A stretch of 64,000 bases of DNA from Octopus vulgaris. Its lineage: Eukaryota. Positions 1 through 14,308 of this stretch are shown in pieces. The stretch covers positions 140,802,001 to 140,866,000 of the forward strand of contig OX597816.1 of the NCBI GenBank assembly GCA_951406725.2, given 5' to 3'. The position numbers and the translations under genes are program-made. Under the pieces are notes generated by a model. That model did not search any database and was not told the DNA's origin. It worked only from the letters and a program-made list of their open reading frames with translations. Position 1 is the stretch's first letter, and every line of letters starts with the position of its first letter.

Positions 1-1533
1 ACTATACTGGTATTTTGTGTAAAATATTTTTTCTGCTTTAGCTGAGTTGTTTTTATCTTATTATTGCATTCATGTATGATATTTTCACCTTAAATGACTC
101 ATCTTGATTTATTATAGCGTGTTATAAAATGTGTTCAGTCATAGCTAAGCTGCTTGTTTTCTCTTGTAAAGTTTTGCCCTTGATAAGAAAATTAATAAGC
201 AGTATCTCCATGGGCAGCTAATAAAGGTATGCAGTTGCTAATGAAATCTCAACAAAGGATTAGAACTACCCCAACTGATCCCTCTTTTTCTATCCATGAA
301 AATACAGCAAGTAAACACAAGTTATTTACATCTGTTCATTGCATAGTATAGGTTAAAATCTACAGATATACTCTATACTATTTAATATTAATGCAATCAG
401 TAATTGATTATTTGAACTGGCTGCGAAGAATATGTTATGTATGGAAATTGGTTAGTTCAGTTTTTTTTAGCCCTCAGTAATAATGGGGTTTATAATGTCC
501 TTGAAGATACTTATATAAAGTGTTTACATCTGTCTATTATATAGTGTTGGCTAAAATCTATACTCTAAAATAAAATATAGGTTTGAAATTACAGTTGTAT
601 TATTAAAAACAAAAATCCTGATATCCTAGTTGTATGTTTTGTCCAAGTTTTTCAACTTTAATGTAGCTACATATTTAGGAATCCCACCCCAAAAAAACGA
701 AAAAAAAAACCCAAAACAATTTCAGTCTGAAATTGGATGCATTTCTGTGTGGTATAGAGACGGAGGAATCTTATATGCTCGTGAGCTTCACATGCCATCA
801 AATACAATATTTTCTAATTTTGGAGAGCAAACAAATTAACATAGCTAAATAAATACTAAACATGTGATGTCATCCTAAAGACTTAATGCTTATAGAGTTT
901 GAGTATTTTAATTGCTTTTCATGAGTAGAGAGGGTAAGGTATTGGATATGTTTTTGCGATGTTTGTGCAAGATCTTTGACTGGAGGTGTTTCCACTTTAG
1001 TTGTTGAAATATATATTGTTTGCAGTCTTCAATTACTTTTTCCTCCAGCAACAACTGGCAATTAGTGTCAAATGCCATTTTATATTCCAAGTTCTACTCA
1101 CAACTAGCTCCTTATGCAATATACAAAAAAACTTCATCACATTTATCAACACTGCTATATTGGTCAGTCCACTGAACTCAAAGATTTTGTTTACTTCCTT
1201 GTTATAATAATTTAATTTTTATTTTATTAGCTGTTGCCATTAAGGTGGGTCTAGCAAACAAGACTGAAAGAACTGCAGGTGAGAAAAAAGTTAATCACTG
1301 GTGTTATTGTGTCAGCTTGCTTGAGTGACTAATGATGAGTTGCTAATTCATTAATCTGTAATTTAATTTAATTTATGGAGTGTAGTATAAAATGCTGCAT
1401 TATTAGATATAACTGTAAAATACAAATTCTTGAAACTTTTATCTTTTACTGGTTTCATTCATTGGACTGTGGCCATACTGGGGCACTGACTAGAAAGGTT
1501 TTAGCTAAATGACCCCAGTATTTACTTTTTTAA

Positions 1534-1744
1534 CCCTTTAGCATTTAAACAAGCTTTATCTGACCAAAATATTCTACCTGTTTTATGCTCAAACTGGCCA
1601 AATCCAGGCTCTCTCACCTACCCTATTGTAAAAATAAATAATCACATTATTGAAATCTTGAAGCTACCAAATAATGCATGATTAATTCAAAACAATGTGA
1701 ATAAATAAGCCTTACATTTAACAGAGTAATCTGAATGCTGAAGG
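1534..1744. mobile_element. piggyBac-like MITE (~210 bp), copy 1
   Basis: Starts TTAA|CCCTTTAGCATT and ends AATGCTGAAGG. Homologous to copies at 2174, 10871 and 57733. Confidence 0.7.
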
Positions 1745-1784
1745 ATATTTAGTGGTTTGGCATAATATTATTGAAAGATTAAGT

Positions 1785-2020
1785 TATAGGAATGTAACCA
1801 AACCAACACCAGTTGTCAAACAGTGGCAGGGGAACACAAAAACATACATATATTGACATATGCATTTATGATAGGCTTCTTTCAGTTTCTGTCTACTTAA
1901 TCCATTTGCAAACCTTTGGTTGGCCAAGGGCTGTAGTAGATGATGCTCATCCAAGATGCCATGTAGTGGGACTGAACCTAGAACCATGTGGTTGGAAAGT
2001 AAATGTCTTACCACAAAGCC
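1785..2020 (-). mobile_element. tRNA-derived SINE fragment
   Basis: Shares GGCTTCTTTCAGTTTC...ACTTGCCCAAGG...GAACCATGTGGTTGG with 3515-3900; reverse strand has A/B-box-like head. Confidence 0.7.
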
Positions 2021-2173
2021 ACACCATTTTCAAATTTTATAGTAAAATTTAATGAGTTTTTTATAGCATTATATTGTCGAGAAAGTCCATGTGCTAATGC
2101 CAATGTGTTTCATAGGTTCACCATAACTGGTGTAGACAAAAGAAAGAGGTGTTTTGTGGTTATCTAGCCTTAA

Positions 2174-2399
2174 CTTTTTAAGCATTTAAACTTGCCATAT
2201 CTGGCTCAAATATTTTACCAGTTTTATGCTCACACTGACGAGATTCAGCCTCTCACACTTACCCTACAATGTCATTCTAAAAATAAACAATTGCATCATT
2301 GAAATCTCAGTGCTACAAGATAATGCATGAATAATTCAAAATAGAATAAATAAATAAATAAGCATTACATTTAATAGAGTAATATGAATGCTAAAGAGC
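2174..2399. mobile_element. piggyBac-like MITE, copy 2
   Basis: TTAA|CTTTTTAAGCATTTAAAC...GAATGCTAAAGAGC, with the same internal sequence as copy 1. Confidence 0.7.
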
Positions 2400-3514
2400 T
2401 AAGTCAACCATGATGAATTAGAACAATGATCAATGAAGTGTATCTATGAGTACATTGTCAAACATAGCCTTCTATTTTTTAAAGATGGGTTGAGTGTCAT
2501 TTGAAGGGATTTTGGCTGCTATTTATTGCAGGTGGAACAAGCAGATAGAAGTCCCCATTGAGCTGAAGTCAAAGCTTCACTGTTGCTACTTGAAACAACA
2601 AACATAGGTAATTACAGACCATTCCCACATAAAAGATGAAAATTAGATTATTATACTAAAAATAGCAGGCTGCACTTAAAATTGAATATAAAAACTATAA
2701 TACACAACAGAATTCATTGATACTAATAAAACTGTAGTTTTATTCACATAATACAAATGTCATGTTTATGAAAACAAACAATGGAAAAAATTCAGCCTAA
2801 TAGCGATAGGATTCATACTTTTTAAAACTAAGGATACAATAAGGTACATTGTAAATTCAGTCACATGAAACTGCTTCATTGTATTTCTCATGAAAAAGAG
2901 TATTTCAACAATTCAATAATTATATTACAATATTCAATAATTATACTCTTTCAAAATGGATGGGACAATTATTGAATAATCATAATATTCAAAAATTGTA
3001 CTAGCTATTTGAAGCTATTCATTCCTGTACATTTCAGAGAAATTAGTCACCTGAAAAAGTGTCCTTTTTAACAAATTTAAAAAGATCTATATTTAATGAT
3101 CCAGCAATAGAAAGATTTAAATTTTCAAGTATTTCGAAAGGGAACAAAAATCTAACCCTATCAAAAACACTGCCATTATTCATAATTTTATGTTTGATCA
3201 GCCACTACTGATTTCATTTCTAACTCTCTTCTAAATGCAAGTAGCAATGTAGTTCCCTTACAAGAACCTGCTCTGCTCCAAACCCTTCTTTTATACCTTA
3301 ACCCTCATCTGCTAGCGTAAAGCCCCACCCCATGGGTTTCGTAGGCTTGCAAGTTGCATGGCCCCTCACTAGTGCTGGTGGCATGAGAAAAGCACCCAGT
3401 ACACACTGCAAAGTGGTCGGCATTACAAAGGGTATCCAGTCATAGAGACCAAGCCAAAGCAGACATGGGAGCACAATGCAGTCCATGGACCCATCATATG
3501 AAAGATATATATAT

Positions 3515-3900
3515 ACTTTTATTCTTTTACTTGTTTCAGTCATTTGACTGCAGCCATGGTGGAGCACTGTCTTAAATGGTTTTAGTCGAAGAAATCGACC
3601 TTAGGACTTATTCTTTGTAAGCCCAGTACTACTTGTATTGGTCTCTTTTGCCAAACTGCTAAGTTACAGAGACAAAAACGCACCAACATTGGTTATCAAG
3701 TGATGGTGGCGGGGGACAAACAGAGACACAAAGACACACACATAAATATATATATGATGGGCTTCTTTCAGTTTCCATCTACCAAATTCACTCACAAGGC
3801 TTTGGTTAGCCAGAGCTATAGTAGAAGACACTTGCCCAAGGTGGTATGCAATGAGACTGGACCCGGAACCATGTGGTTGGGAAGCAAACTTCTTACCACA
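3515..3900 (-). mobile_element. tRNA-derived SINE with CR1-like 3' tail
   Basis: Minus strand runs from a GTGGTAAGAAGTTTGCTTCCCAACCACATGGTTCCGGGTCCAGTC head to a CATGGCTGCAGTCAAATGACTGAAACAAGTAAAAGAATAAAAG tail. Confidence 0.75.
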
Positions 3901-3908
3901 CATCATGT

Positions 3909-3985
<77 letters not shown>

Positions 3986-5212
3986 CAGGGATTGGACAAA
4001 ATAATGGAAACACCTAGCATCATAATTTTGAAATATCTATAAAACCGTAAAAAGCTTGTTTGTTTTTATGTTTTTTGATTTATTATTAGTGTTGCTTAAT
4101 ATGTTTTGCTAAATTGCTGTTTCTTTTCAGATACCATCGGAAAAAGGTAATTGAAATTCATTAAAATGACAGATCTATCGGACTTTCAAAGACGTCAAAT
4201 TGTTGGTGCTTGTGTGGCAGGTGTTAGCGTAATGAAAACAGCTGAAATGTTTGGTGTATCACAAAGTACTGTCTTGAAAGTAATGACAGACTTTGAGAAA
4301 GAGGGAAAAACCGCATCGTCGAAACAAAACTCTGGACGAAAACCAAAACTTTCAGATAGGGACTGTTGTACTCTTATGCAAATTGTTAGAAAGGATCACC
4401 AAAGTACAGCTCCCAAAATTACTGTAGAGCTTAATGACCACCTCAAGAACCCAGTTTCCACAAAAACTGTTCAACGGGAGCTGCACAAAGCTAGATTTCA
4501 AGGGAGGGCTGCAATCAAAAAAACATTACTTTCAAAAACAAATGTTGCAAAGTGTTTAGGGTAGAGTAAAAACCTACAAAATTGGTCCCTAGAGCAGTGG
4601 AAGGATGTTATTTTTTTGGCTGAGTCATCCTTTGCTTTATTTCCAACCACCGGCTGAGTATACATGTGGAGACAGCCAAAAAAAGCATTTGACCCAGACT
4701 GCCTTCTTCCAACTGTTAAACATGGAGGACCTGTAATGATCTGGGGTGCTATATCTTGGAATTCCGCCGGCCCAATGGTTTCCCTTCATGGCAGAATAGT
4801 CATCATCCTATGGTTGCAGAACTGTTTCCAGAGGGTAATGCAATCTTTCAGGATGATAATGCACCAGTTCACACAGCTGAGGTTGCTACTGAATGGCACA
4901 AGGAACATTCTAGTGAAGATGAACATCTTATCTGGCCACCACAGTTCCCAGATCTCAATATTATTGAACATTTATTGTGCATTTTAGAAAAATAAGTAAG
5001 GAGCCGATATCCTCCACTAGCATCACTACAAGAACTAGAGACTGTTTTAGCAGAAGAATGGACAAAAATTCCTTTGGAAACAATTCAAACTTTGTATGAG
5101 TCCATATTTCATAGAATTCAAGCTGTAATTATTGCCGAAGGCAGTCCTACCCCATATTAAAATAAATTTGTTTGAAATTTTAAAGTGTTTCTATTACTTT
5201 GTTCAACCCTTG
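3986..5212 (+). mobile_element. Tc1-family DNA transposon, degenerate full-length copy
   Basis: TA|CAGGGATTGGACAAAATAATGGAAACAC...GTGTTTCTATTACTTTGTTCAACCCTTG|TA imperfect TIRs. Broken transposase: DLSDFQRRQIVG, SGRKPKLSDRD, TVKHGG.VMIWG, FQDDNAPVH, WPPQFPDLNIIE. Confidence 0.93.
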
Positions 5213-5945
5213 TATGTGTATGTATGTATGTATGTGCGTGTGTATATATATATACACACACACACACATACATGCATTACACAGAAATTTCCATGAAAAA
5301 CTACAAATGTGCTTTGTTTTGGCTGAAACCTAGATTAGTTTAAAAAGTCATGCTCAGATGACCAATTTCCCTGAAAAGTGATTATATATAATCATTGAAC
5401 TCTTTGTTGTAGTTCATTAAAACGTTCTTAACAATTCAAGCTTTACTTTCTCTGGCCTCTTTCAACTGTTCATGGTTAACTCCTATTACCAGCCATTAAA
5501 TATCATAATAGCACAAAAGATTCTAATTTTCTCTTACAATTAACTTTGGGGACAGGCTACCATATTGTCCAACTTACTTTGATAAACCATCATCATATTT
5601 TAGTGTGTAGGAGACACCTTTACTCTAACCACAAGCTGTTTCTTAAAATCAAGTTAGAATTATTCTCCTCAGTGCACTATCTATAGAATCCAAGCCATAC
5701 TAACATTTCCTGGAGTGCAAAATCTCCTAAGTGATGCTAACATTCTCAAAGAGATATAGCACATACCCTTGTCAGATAGGTGAACTAAAATAATGTAAAA
5801 TAAATTGTCCTACAGAGAAATGCAATACAAATAACAGATTTGAACTCCTGGTGCAGACATGGGTGAGTGAATATGGCATTTACTTCATAACTACTGGTTT
5901 AGGGGCTCCAACCTACTGCATATCATCTTAAGAAAGTTTCATCTA

Positions 5946-7202
5946 TTGGGTCATCCCATAAATAATGTGGATTTTTTTTATGTTTCTTTTATTTTTCAAA
6001 ATTAAGATAAAGTTCTTTTTTAATCTAAAATATACTCTCCTTCACTTTCTACAATGCACTCCTGTCTATCTGGTAGCCTTGCAAGGCCCCTCTTCTAAAA
6101 TTCATTTGTCTGTGATGAAAAATACTCCTCCAGTACTGTTCTGACTTTGTCTACAGAATTCATATTTTTTCTGTCCAAATGATTTTGAAGACGCCGGAAT
6201 AAATGATAACCAGATGGGGCAATGTCTGACGAATATGGTGGGTGGGGCATCATTTCAAACTGTCCAGCCTTTTAAATGTCATCTTTGCAATATGTGGCCG
6301 AACATTACCCTTATAGAAGAATATCTTTCATCTTGAAACCAAAGATGGTCGTTTTTCTTTTAGCGCTGACTTGAGCCGTTCAAGTTGGTCGCAGTAGATC
6401 TTTGTTATTGTTTGGTTTGGGTTTAAAAGTTCAAAGTGGACTAAATCTTTTATATCCAACCAAACAGATAACACCTTACATGGGCGAAGACCTTCTTTAG
6501 CCTAGAGTGCCAGTGTTTCTCTTTTCCCTACCCATTGTTTTTGGTGCTTGACATTTTTATAGAGAACCCATTTCTTGTCACCAGTCACTATTTGATCCAA
6601 AAAAGGTTCAATCATGAGACATGACAGCAAAGAAGGGCACACATTCACCCTCTGTGTGTGATTAGACTCAGAAAGTTTGTGAGGAACCCATTTATCCAAT
6701 TTGTTGACTTTTCTGTTGGCATGCAGGTGCCAATGAATGGTTGAATGACCAAATCCAAGCTTCTCTGCTAGTTCCTCAACAGTTACGATGGGGCTTTGTT
6801 CCATCAGGGTTTGCAGGATGTCCTTGTCAATCTCTACAGATCTTCCAAGATGAGGCTCGTCTTCTAGGCTGTAATTTCTGGAACCATTGTTGACATGTGT
6901 TTATGCTTATTGTGCAATCCCTATAAACTGCATTAATATTCCTCACACTTTCCATTGTGTAGTTGCCTTTATTGAACTCATAAAGCGAAATATACTGAAT
7001 ATGCTGCTTTGTCACTTCCATTATAGCTTTGAAAAAATAACTTAAAATCGAACTGCACTCTTCAAAACTTACACTAAGGACAAGCACAAGGTAAAATTAC
7101 TACCTACTTTTATAGTAAGTTGATGCAGGTAGTTTATCCTGTCTCCCTGTGACTTTTAGTTTATGCAATTGAAAAACCTGCATTAGTTATGGGATGACCA
7201 AA
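5946..7202 (-). mobile_element. mariner transposon, degenerate full-length copy
   Basis: TA|TTGGGTCATCCCATAAATAATG...CATTAGTTATGGGATGACCAAA|TA TIRs. Transposase fragments include KWVPHKL, IVTGDKKWVLY and a YSSDIAPSGYHLF motif (YSPDLAPSDY-like). Confidence 0.92.
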
Positions 7203-10200
7203 TACTATAGCATTGGGCTGACCAATACCTTGTAAAGTAAATCAGTATACAAAAACAGTATGGAACTGTGTATATCTGTGTACATTGGACACACACACAC
7301 AGTGCAGTGCATAAATGTTGACATTTCTGCACCTTTGCAGAAATCAGTAAAATCAGTGATGTCATGTTTACATTCCCTGCAAACAATGCATCCTGTAGCT
7401 CTGTGCTTTTGAAGTCAAGTGGAATAAAAAAAAAATCCCTTACTTGAAGAACAGGTGTGGGTTAGTGACAAGAAAGACTCCTAAATAAAATACTACCTCA
7501 AATAAGTATCTATCAAACTCTTGCCAACATGGAAGAAAAATGGACATAAAACAAATATGTGGGTATTATTGGCCTCCTGGCTTTACTTTAGTGTTTTGAG
7601 GACAAATAAGTATAAAATATTAAGGATATTCAACAAACTAGATAATCCTAAATTAGTATGAATGTGTTTAATCAGGAATTAATTTGTTAACCCAATCCCT
7701 AAGTTTTTTTGGGGAGGGGGTGGAGAGAGTGAATCACCCTGTTGAAGAAATTTACACATCAGGATTCAAATAGTACTGTTAAGTTAACTATGGCCAACTC
7801 ACTGAATCTGTCTAAAGTGGTGGTCACTTTGTTTTATTTCCAGATCAACCCTACCTGGCAAAACTATGATCAAAAGACATTCTCAGTGATCAGCTTTCTC
7901 CACAAACATAGTGCCCTAAGACTACTTTATCAAAATCATTGTTTGTTTTTTTTTAAAGTGGTAAAGTTTGAATTATATTTCTAGCAGATCATTTAGGTCA
8001 AGCAACTGGCAGCACTAGGGGGCATGATTGTATAAGATTTGAGTAGATAAAACATAAGAGTCATCAATGTGTATAGTTAAGTACTGTTGAATATGAAAAA
8101 CTAACATTACAAGCAGTTTTAAATGGAGAATGTTTGATAAAAAAGATTACTATAATCTAGTCTAACAATTTCATTGTACTATAATTTTGAGAGCCCCCAC
8201 ACTGGGAGTCCGCAGAGATAATAGTGTGTCAGATTAGATGTTTTGTAGAAGGCATAGCTGAGAAATTTTACCTTGTAATTAATGATATAAAAAAGATAAA
8301 AGTATTCTGAAACAGTGATACAAAAAAAATTGAAATATAAGAGGCTAAATCTGAAGTCATTCTCATTGTATCTATGCAGAAGATAAAACAGTGGGATTTA
8401 AGAATGTTGGGTATTTTGTATGTATACCTAAGGTTTTTGGAATATCGTAACCAAGAAGCTTAAAAGAAATATTTGTTTCAGTTCTTTGTTTCACATTGTT
8501 TTTTTTTTACTTCTTTATCACACCCACACTCATGCACAGACATATAGCTATATTTACAATTTAATCTGTTATTTATTTTACATAAATATTTTGCAGAAGA
8601 GAAACTAAAAGAATGTCACAACAAAATATTTTAAATCGTGGCCCTCTAACAAATTATAATAGTTTATACATTTGATATGAAATTAAACAAAATGTTGGTG
8701 GCAGCTGCAGTTAAAATGTGTATTCTTCATGAATAATCTAAATACAGATTGATCTGTAATCTCTAAGGATAGTGAGAGAAGGCAGAAATTCTAATTATAC
8801 TATTATCCTTATGTGACCCACATAACTTCTATTTATAAAAGCATCTGTGTTAAAAGAAATATAACATGAATATAGTAACATTAATTAGAGAAATATATTA
8901 CATTTTTCAACACCAATGACTATTTTAATTCATCAGCAAGTAAATTTAATTTTAAAATAATGATGAAAGAGAAGAGTAGTAGTAGGAGACAAGGAGAGAT
9001 AAGAAAATGCAGGGTGATTGAGGAGTCTAAATCCATACTTCAACTTGTGTAGCTTCCCTTATACAAGTTCAGTCTTAATCTTTAGCAGGTATTCAACAAA
9101 AGTACCTATTGAAGATTAGTTACTTCCCCATAAGGTGGTGGAGTTGTCTGTATGCAACCTTAGGCATAAGTTTGAAGACCTATTTTACATACACATACTA
9201 TCAGTATTAATAGACCACTTGTGTCTTCAAATACACACAATTACATCTAATTGTATGTACTCTAAGGTTTATTACTCTTAACATATTTTCTATTCATAGC
9301 TACTCTTAATTCTAGATTCACTGCTCCAATGAATTTTAATGTTTAAATGATTTCTTATATAGGGGTGAAGCCAGAAATTTTAAGGGAAAGTGGAATGAGG
9401 GACCAATTGATTAATTTTGACTGGTGCATTATTTTATCAATTCAGAAATGATAAAAGGCATAGTTGACCTCTAAAGGATTTGAATTCAAAATGTAGAAAT
9501 GAAAGAAATAATACCACAAGGCATTTTATCTAACACTCAGTTCTGCTAATCACCCATTTTCATATTTAAATATAAAAAAAGTTGCTTCCAACTTGTTTTT
9601 TTTTTTAAAGTTCATCAGGTTGATCTTTTCAATAACTGCAACAAAAACCTCCATGTTGCAGACCCTTCTAAACAAAAAATATGTTGGGCTGATAATCATG
9701 ATAGTGTAGGTTTGATTCTTGAACTGGTTAGCACATTATCCTTGAGTAAGGCATTTCATTCAACTTTGCTCTAGTTTACTCAGCTGAAAACAAATACCAC
9801 TTGAGTGTTAATTCAGCCCTTTACCTGTCTCCAGTAGTCACATCCTGGATGTTTCACTGAATGAAGAATAGAAGGACTAAGGGGAGTGTCATTATATCTG
9901 CTCACAATTCTAGAGTTTCTTAAAACAGTTAGTGAAAGCTTGTTACGTGAAGTCATACTCATAAGTGACAGCTGGGACTATACACAATTTAAATTTCACA
10001 CAGATTGATTTTTCATCAGTCAACATGATATTTCTCAGTTTTAAATAATTGTAATACATATTTTTCACTAAATTACATAGGATTTCAATCCTACCAACAT
10101 TAGAAAATGGTTTATCAATAAAATCTTTTAAAAATATATTCCTATTTTCTATAATATGATAACCAACATCAGAAATGCTATTACTTTAAATACCATTATA

Positions 10201-10870
10201 ACTTAAAAGTTCAGAGTTGATCTTGTAATTCCATGGTAATGTGGGGGAGAATTTTTGTTATTGTTTTAGAATGTAAATGAAAGTATATTTGATTCTGGTC
10301 AACAAATGATTAATTCTAGTTATAATAGAAATTGGAGATTTCCTTAATATATTTATATAAAATTGCAAATGTTCAAAGCTGCCTGTGAGCTGCAAGGAAA
10401 ATATTGTCCAGTAGAATAAAAAATTGTAATAACACAAAAACAAAAATGACATCCAACAGTTGTTACATCACTGGATTAACAGTAAGCCAAAAATAGTCTT
10501 CTCAGTAATTAACATGAACTACTCAATCAAGGGGCAAGCAAAATTCTTGGACACAAGAAACACTGACCATTTGTTTATGGAAAATGACAACATCTGATTT
10601 TGTAAATCTGTATGTACTGATTTCATAGCTGCAGCATAGTCATATAGTTAAAAGTTCATTTTGCAATCACAAGATCCTGTATTTAACTCCACTGAGGGAC
10701 ATCTTGAGCAAGTGTCATCTATTGTAATCCCTGGTCAACCCAAGTCTTATGAATGAAATTGGGTTGAAGAAAACAGTGTGGAAGTTTGATGGATGGGTTG
10801 TACATGTAATTCAAAAGTCTAGCCTTGTTACACACAGTATCGTGCTGATTCTGCCTAAGAATTACATTAA

Positions 10871-11085
10871 CCCTTAAGTATTCAGATTACTCTAACAAAT
10901 GTAATACTTATTTATTCACATAAAAAAAAAATAATCATGCATTATCTCATAGCTTTGAGATATTGATGATATGTTTGTTTATTTTTAGAATGACATTGTA
11001 GGGTAGGTGTGAGAAGCTAGCTCTGGTTGGTTTGAACATAAAACAGAGAATCTTTGGGCTGGATTTGGGTGGCTTAAATATAGAC
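10871..11085. mobile_element. piggyBac-like MITE, copy 3 (opposite orientation)
   Basis: TTAA|CCCTTAAGTATTCAGATTACTCT..., the reverse complement of copies 1 and 2. Right end degraded. Confidence 0.65.
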
Positions 11086-12334
11086 ATATCTAGAATGCAC
11101 AGCCATTTATATGCTAACTGGATGAGCAGGTAAGTTCTTTTGATGATGGACATCATTTTCACTTTATAAAATCAGTTTACTGGAGATGTAACAGCTTCAG
11201 CATTGATGTTCCTGTACTACTTGACTAATAGGAACATTTCTCCAACAGTAAACTAAACATGACTCTTATGAAAAGCTCAACCTTAACTGAATTGATTTAG
11301 TCTACAATAAACAAAGTCTTGATCTTTCATCAAGCTATTTTTTTCATTAAGGACTATTATCCCAGCCCCCATCAGTTATTCCTCATTCTGCTGACCTCCC
11401 ACCACATTTCAGTATATGTGTCCCTATCCTTAACCCTACTGGAACCATGACAACACATTTGGACCATTTTGACATTTTCATTTTGGTTGGGGAACATGCA
11501 GCTCCTCCTCAATTTTAATACCACCAGCTGATCTTTAGCTGACTTTAATGAAATTTCACTGTTACAAACATTGATATGGATGTAAATGTTTGAGCTAAGT
11601 GTCAGAGACATCAATCTCTTCAAACTCAGAGTACTTGCAAAGCTCATGGACAATGCCTCTTTCATACAAAAACAGAAATAAATAAATAAAATGTAAAATG
11701 ATTGAGAGATTGAATATTGATTTCACATTTTGACACAAGGCCAGCAAGCTTGGGGTGAGGGTGCAAGTCAATCACATCAACCCCAATACTCAACTGGTAC
11801 TTGAAGAATTAAGAAATGTTTCAAATTTGAATCACAATACACTCACTGTTCTACAGATAATAGTTCTCAGACTGAAAATGGGTCTAGTATTTTCAATCAC
11901 TGCGTTCTTTTTCATTTCTTTTTCTATTGTTTAGCCACAAGGGAAAGGCAGTGCCTGGGACCCTTTATAAGGACTCCAAAACTGGTGTCCTGGAAACCTT
12001 ATTTCAATGCTTACAACAGAATGGATTCCTCTAAAGGCACCAAGAGGCTAGGTGGCAATAACAAATTGGTTTATAATCTATCATCTAATAAGAAATAACT
12101 TGGCAATTGTTACTACATTATATGCTCTTAACAATGACAAAGATCCACCACCTCTGCTTGTACCTACTCATTTACCCCTCTAAAACAAAAATGGTAGAAA
12201 AGACACAAGTGAAAGAGACATTGTATGTTAATCTTAGAATCAGATTTTGAAAATCAAATCTATTTCAGAGCCTTTCGGTGATATACGCACATACATACAC
12301 TCATTTATATAGTGGATATAACTCTTAACTAATT

Positions 12335-13350
12335 TCAGCTTAAGAGCTATGACCATGCTGGAGCACTGCTATTAGCTTTGATACACCTTCACTACTTGAA
12401 ACCTCTGATATGTGGCAATTGGTGAAAGAAGTTTGATGTTGCTGCCATCATCTGCATTTCCTGCTGTGAGACAGGATCATCCAGAACACTTGACAAAAGG
12501 AGATACAGTTTTGTTTTGAAGACACCCACATCTTCCCTGTGCAAGTCTCTCAGTTATTTTGGGAAGACATACAAGAGCTGTGGGTCTTTGAAACCCAAGC
12601 TGTTACAGTATCTAGGAAGTAGTATTAACTTTTTCAGCCTTTCCCAGTAGCTGACATGTTGCATTGAGATGATCTTTGTATAGCTTTGTTGGATTGCTTT
12701 GAGTTCCACCTTTAATTTTACACTGTGTGGTGACCATAGTTGGGGGCAGTAGTCTAAACAGCTGAGGACATATGTTCTCCAGAGAACCATCATGGTTTCC
12801 TGTTCTCTCGTTCTGAAAGTTCTAAGGATCTATCTGGCCAGCTGTCTGCATTTTATTGCCAACTTAGTAATATACACCTGGAAGGATGCATCATTACTCA
12901 TGTCAATGCCCAGGTAATACACTGATTTTGATTCAGAGATTGCAATCTCTCCTGGGCCAGTGTATCCCGTCTGGATTTCATTTAGTGTGCTGGTAGCAGA
13001 GTTTGAATTTTTCCAGCATTAAACTGCTTGTTATATACCTCAACTAACTGGTATATTACTTCCAACTCCTGTTGCAGGTGCAGAATATCTCCATGGTTCT
13101 GTATCTTCTGCAAAGCTAGAAAAGGTAGCTAGCTGAGCAGCTGAAGGCATGACAGAGAAGGCCACTATGAATAACAGTAGCCCTGTGAGGGCCCTGTGGA
13201 TCCAGTGGCCATCACTATCTGACTTCTATCTTTTAAAAAGCCATGTAGTCACTCTCCAAGTTTTCTGACTCTACCAAAATCATGCCACTTGTGACCTATC
13301 ATACCATGGTCAACTTTATCAAGGCTTTTACAAAGTCAAAATATATCCAT
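12335..13350 (-). mobile_element. CR1-type LINE, old 3' fragment (RT C-terminus)
   Basis: Minus strand gives LDYCPQLWSPH and SYWERLKKL. Homologous to 29768-30995 and 35339-36590 but more diverged. Confidence 0.85.
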
Positions 13351-14308
13351 GTTGCTACTAATGTAACTAAGAATATACTAGGCTTCTAAGAACTGTATGG
13401 AGTTTGTTAAGGTCATAGTTGTAAAGGATTGTGGTTCATTTTTAATTTATTAGTCTTTTTTTATCAACTACCAAATCTAAGGCTAGAGGACTGTCTGTTT
13501 AGAATGGAGGGTAGGAGTGAGTTGACAGTTTACACTTGGGTATGGTCATAAATATTGTCAGGATTTTAGGATATATATATATATAAATAACTGTCTATAA
13601 AGGAGGGTGGGTAGGGGAAGACCCCAAATTAAGATGTTAATTACCAGTTAAAGGGGCAAGATGCTAATAAAACCTATGATGTTAATACAGAGGAAATTAT
13701 CATGGGGTACTATGGATGATTGTATATAAACAATATTGTTATGTTGTATAAAGATAAAATTTAAGATTACTAAAAATGATATTATAACCAGAATAAATAA
13801 AATGCATATATATACCAATTTTCAACATTAGAAAGGGAAGATTACATAGAATTAGTTTAATATTTATTCCTGTACTTAATTGTTTACTTATTAGGTGGTT
13901 TCTATAAAGATTGCTCTGGGTATTTACTTATGGAATACTGGGGCAATAAATCATGCTATCTTTTTATATTAATTATAAGCTGAGAATCAGATAAAAATCA
14001 GAAAAAATAAGGTGTGCACAGATACATACACATATTTAACTATGAGCAAACATGCAAATATACACAAATATTTGTACTTTATTATGGGTATGTTATAATC
14101 AACTCTCATAGACTTAAGTAACTAGAAAGTTTATGTCTCTAAGAACATTAATAACTTATAAGAGACAAGAGGTAAAGGTATCAAAATAAAAAATTATAGA
14201 GAATAGTAAGATACAATTTATAACTTATATATAATACTAGGGGGTAAATTCACATCAGATATGACACTAAAAATTAATTTCCCATATCCAGGTTCAAGTG
14301 TAGCACCT

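Noticed and set aside
726-780. Possible plus-strand exon (CAG|TCTGAA...GCTC|GTGAGC)
   Set aside because: A-rich acceptor without a pyrimidine tract and no recognisable protein.
908-1210. Possible hAT (GTF2IRD2/SPIN-like) transposase N-terminal remnant on the minus strand
   Set aside because: Only a vague resemblance (NIKWH-like motif) across frameshifts and no TIRs seen; needs an HMM search.
11372-11665. 97-aa minus-strand ORF as a candidate synaptogyrin exon
   Set aside because: No transmembrane or MARVEL similarity and no convincing splice sites.
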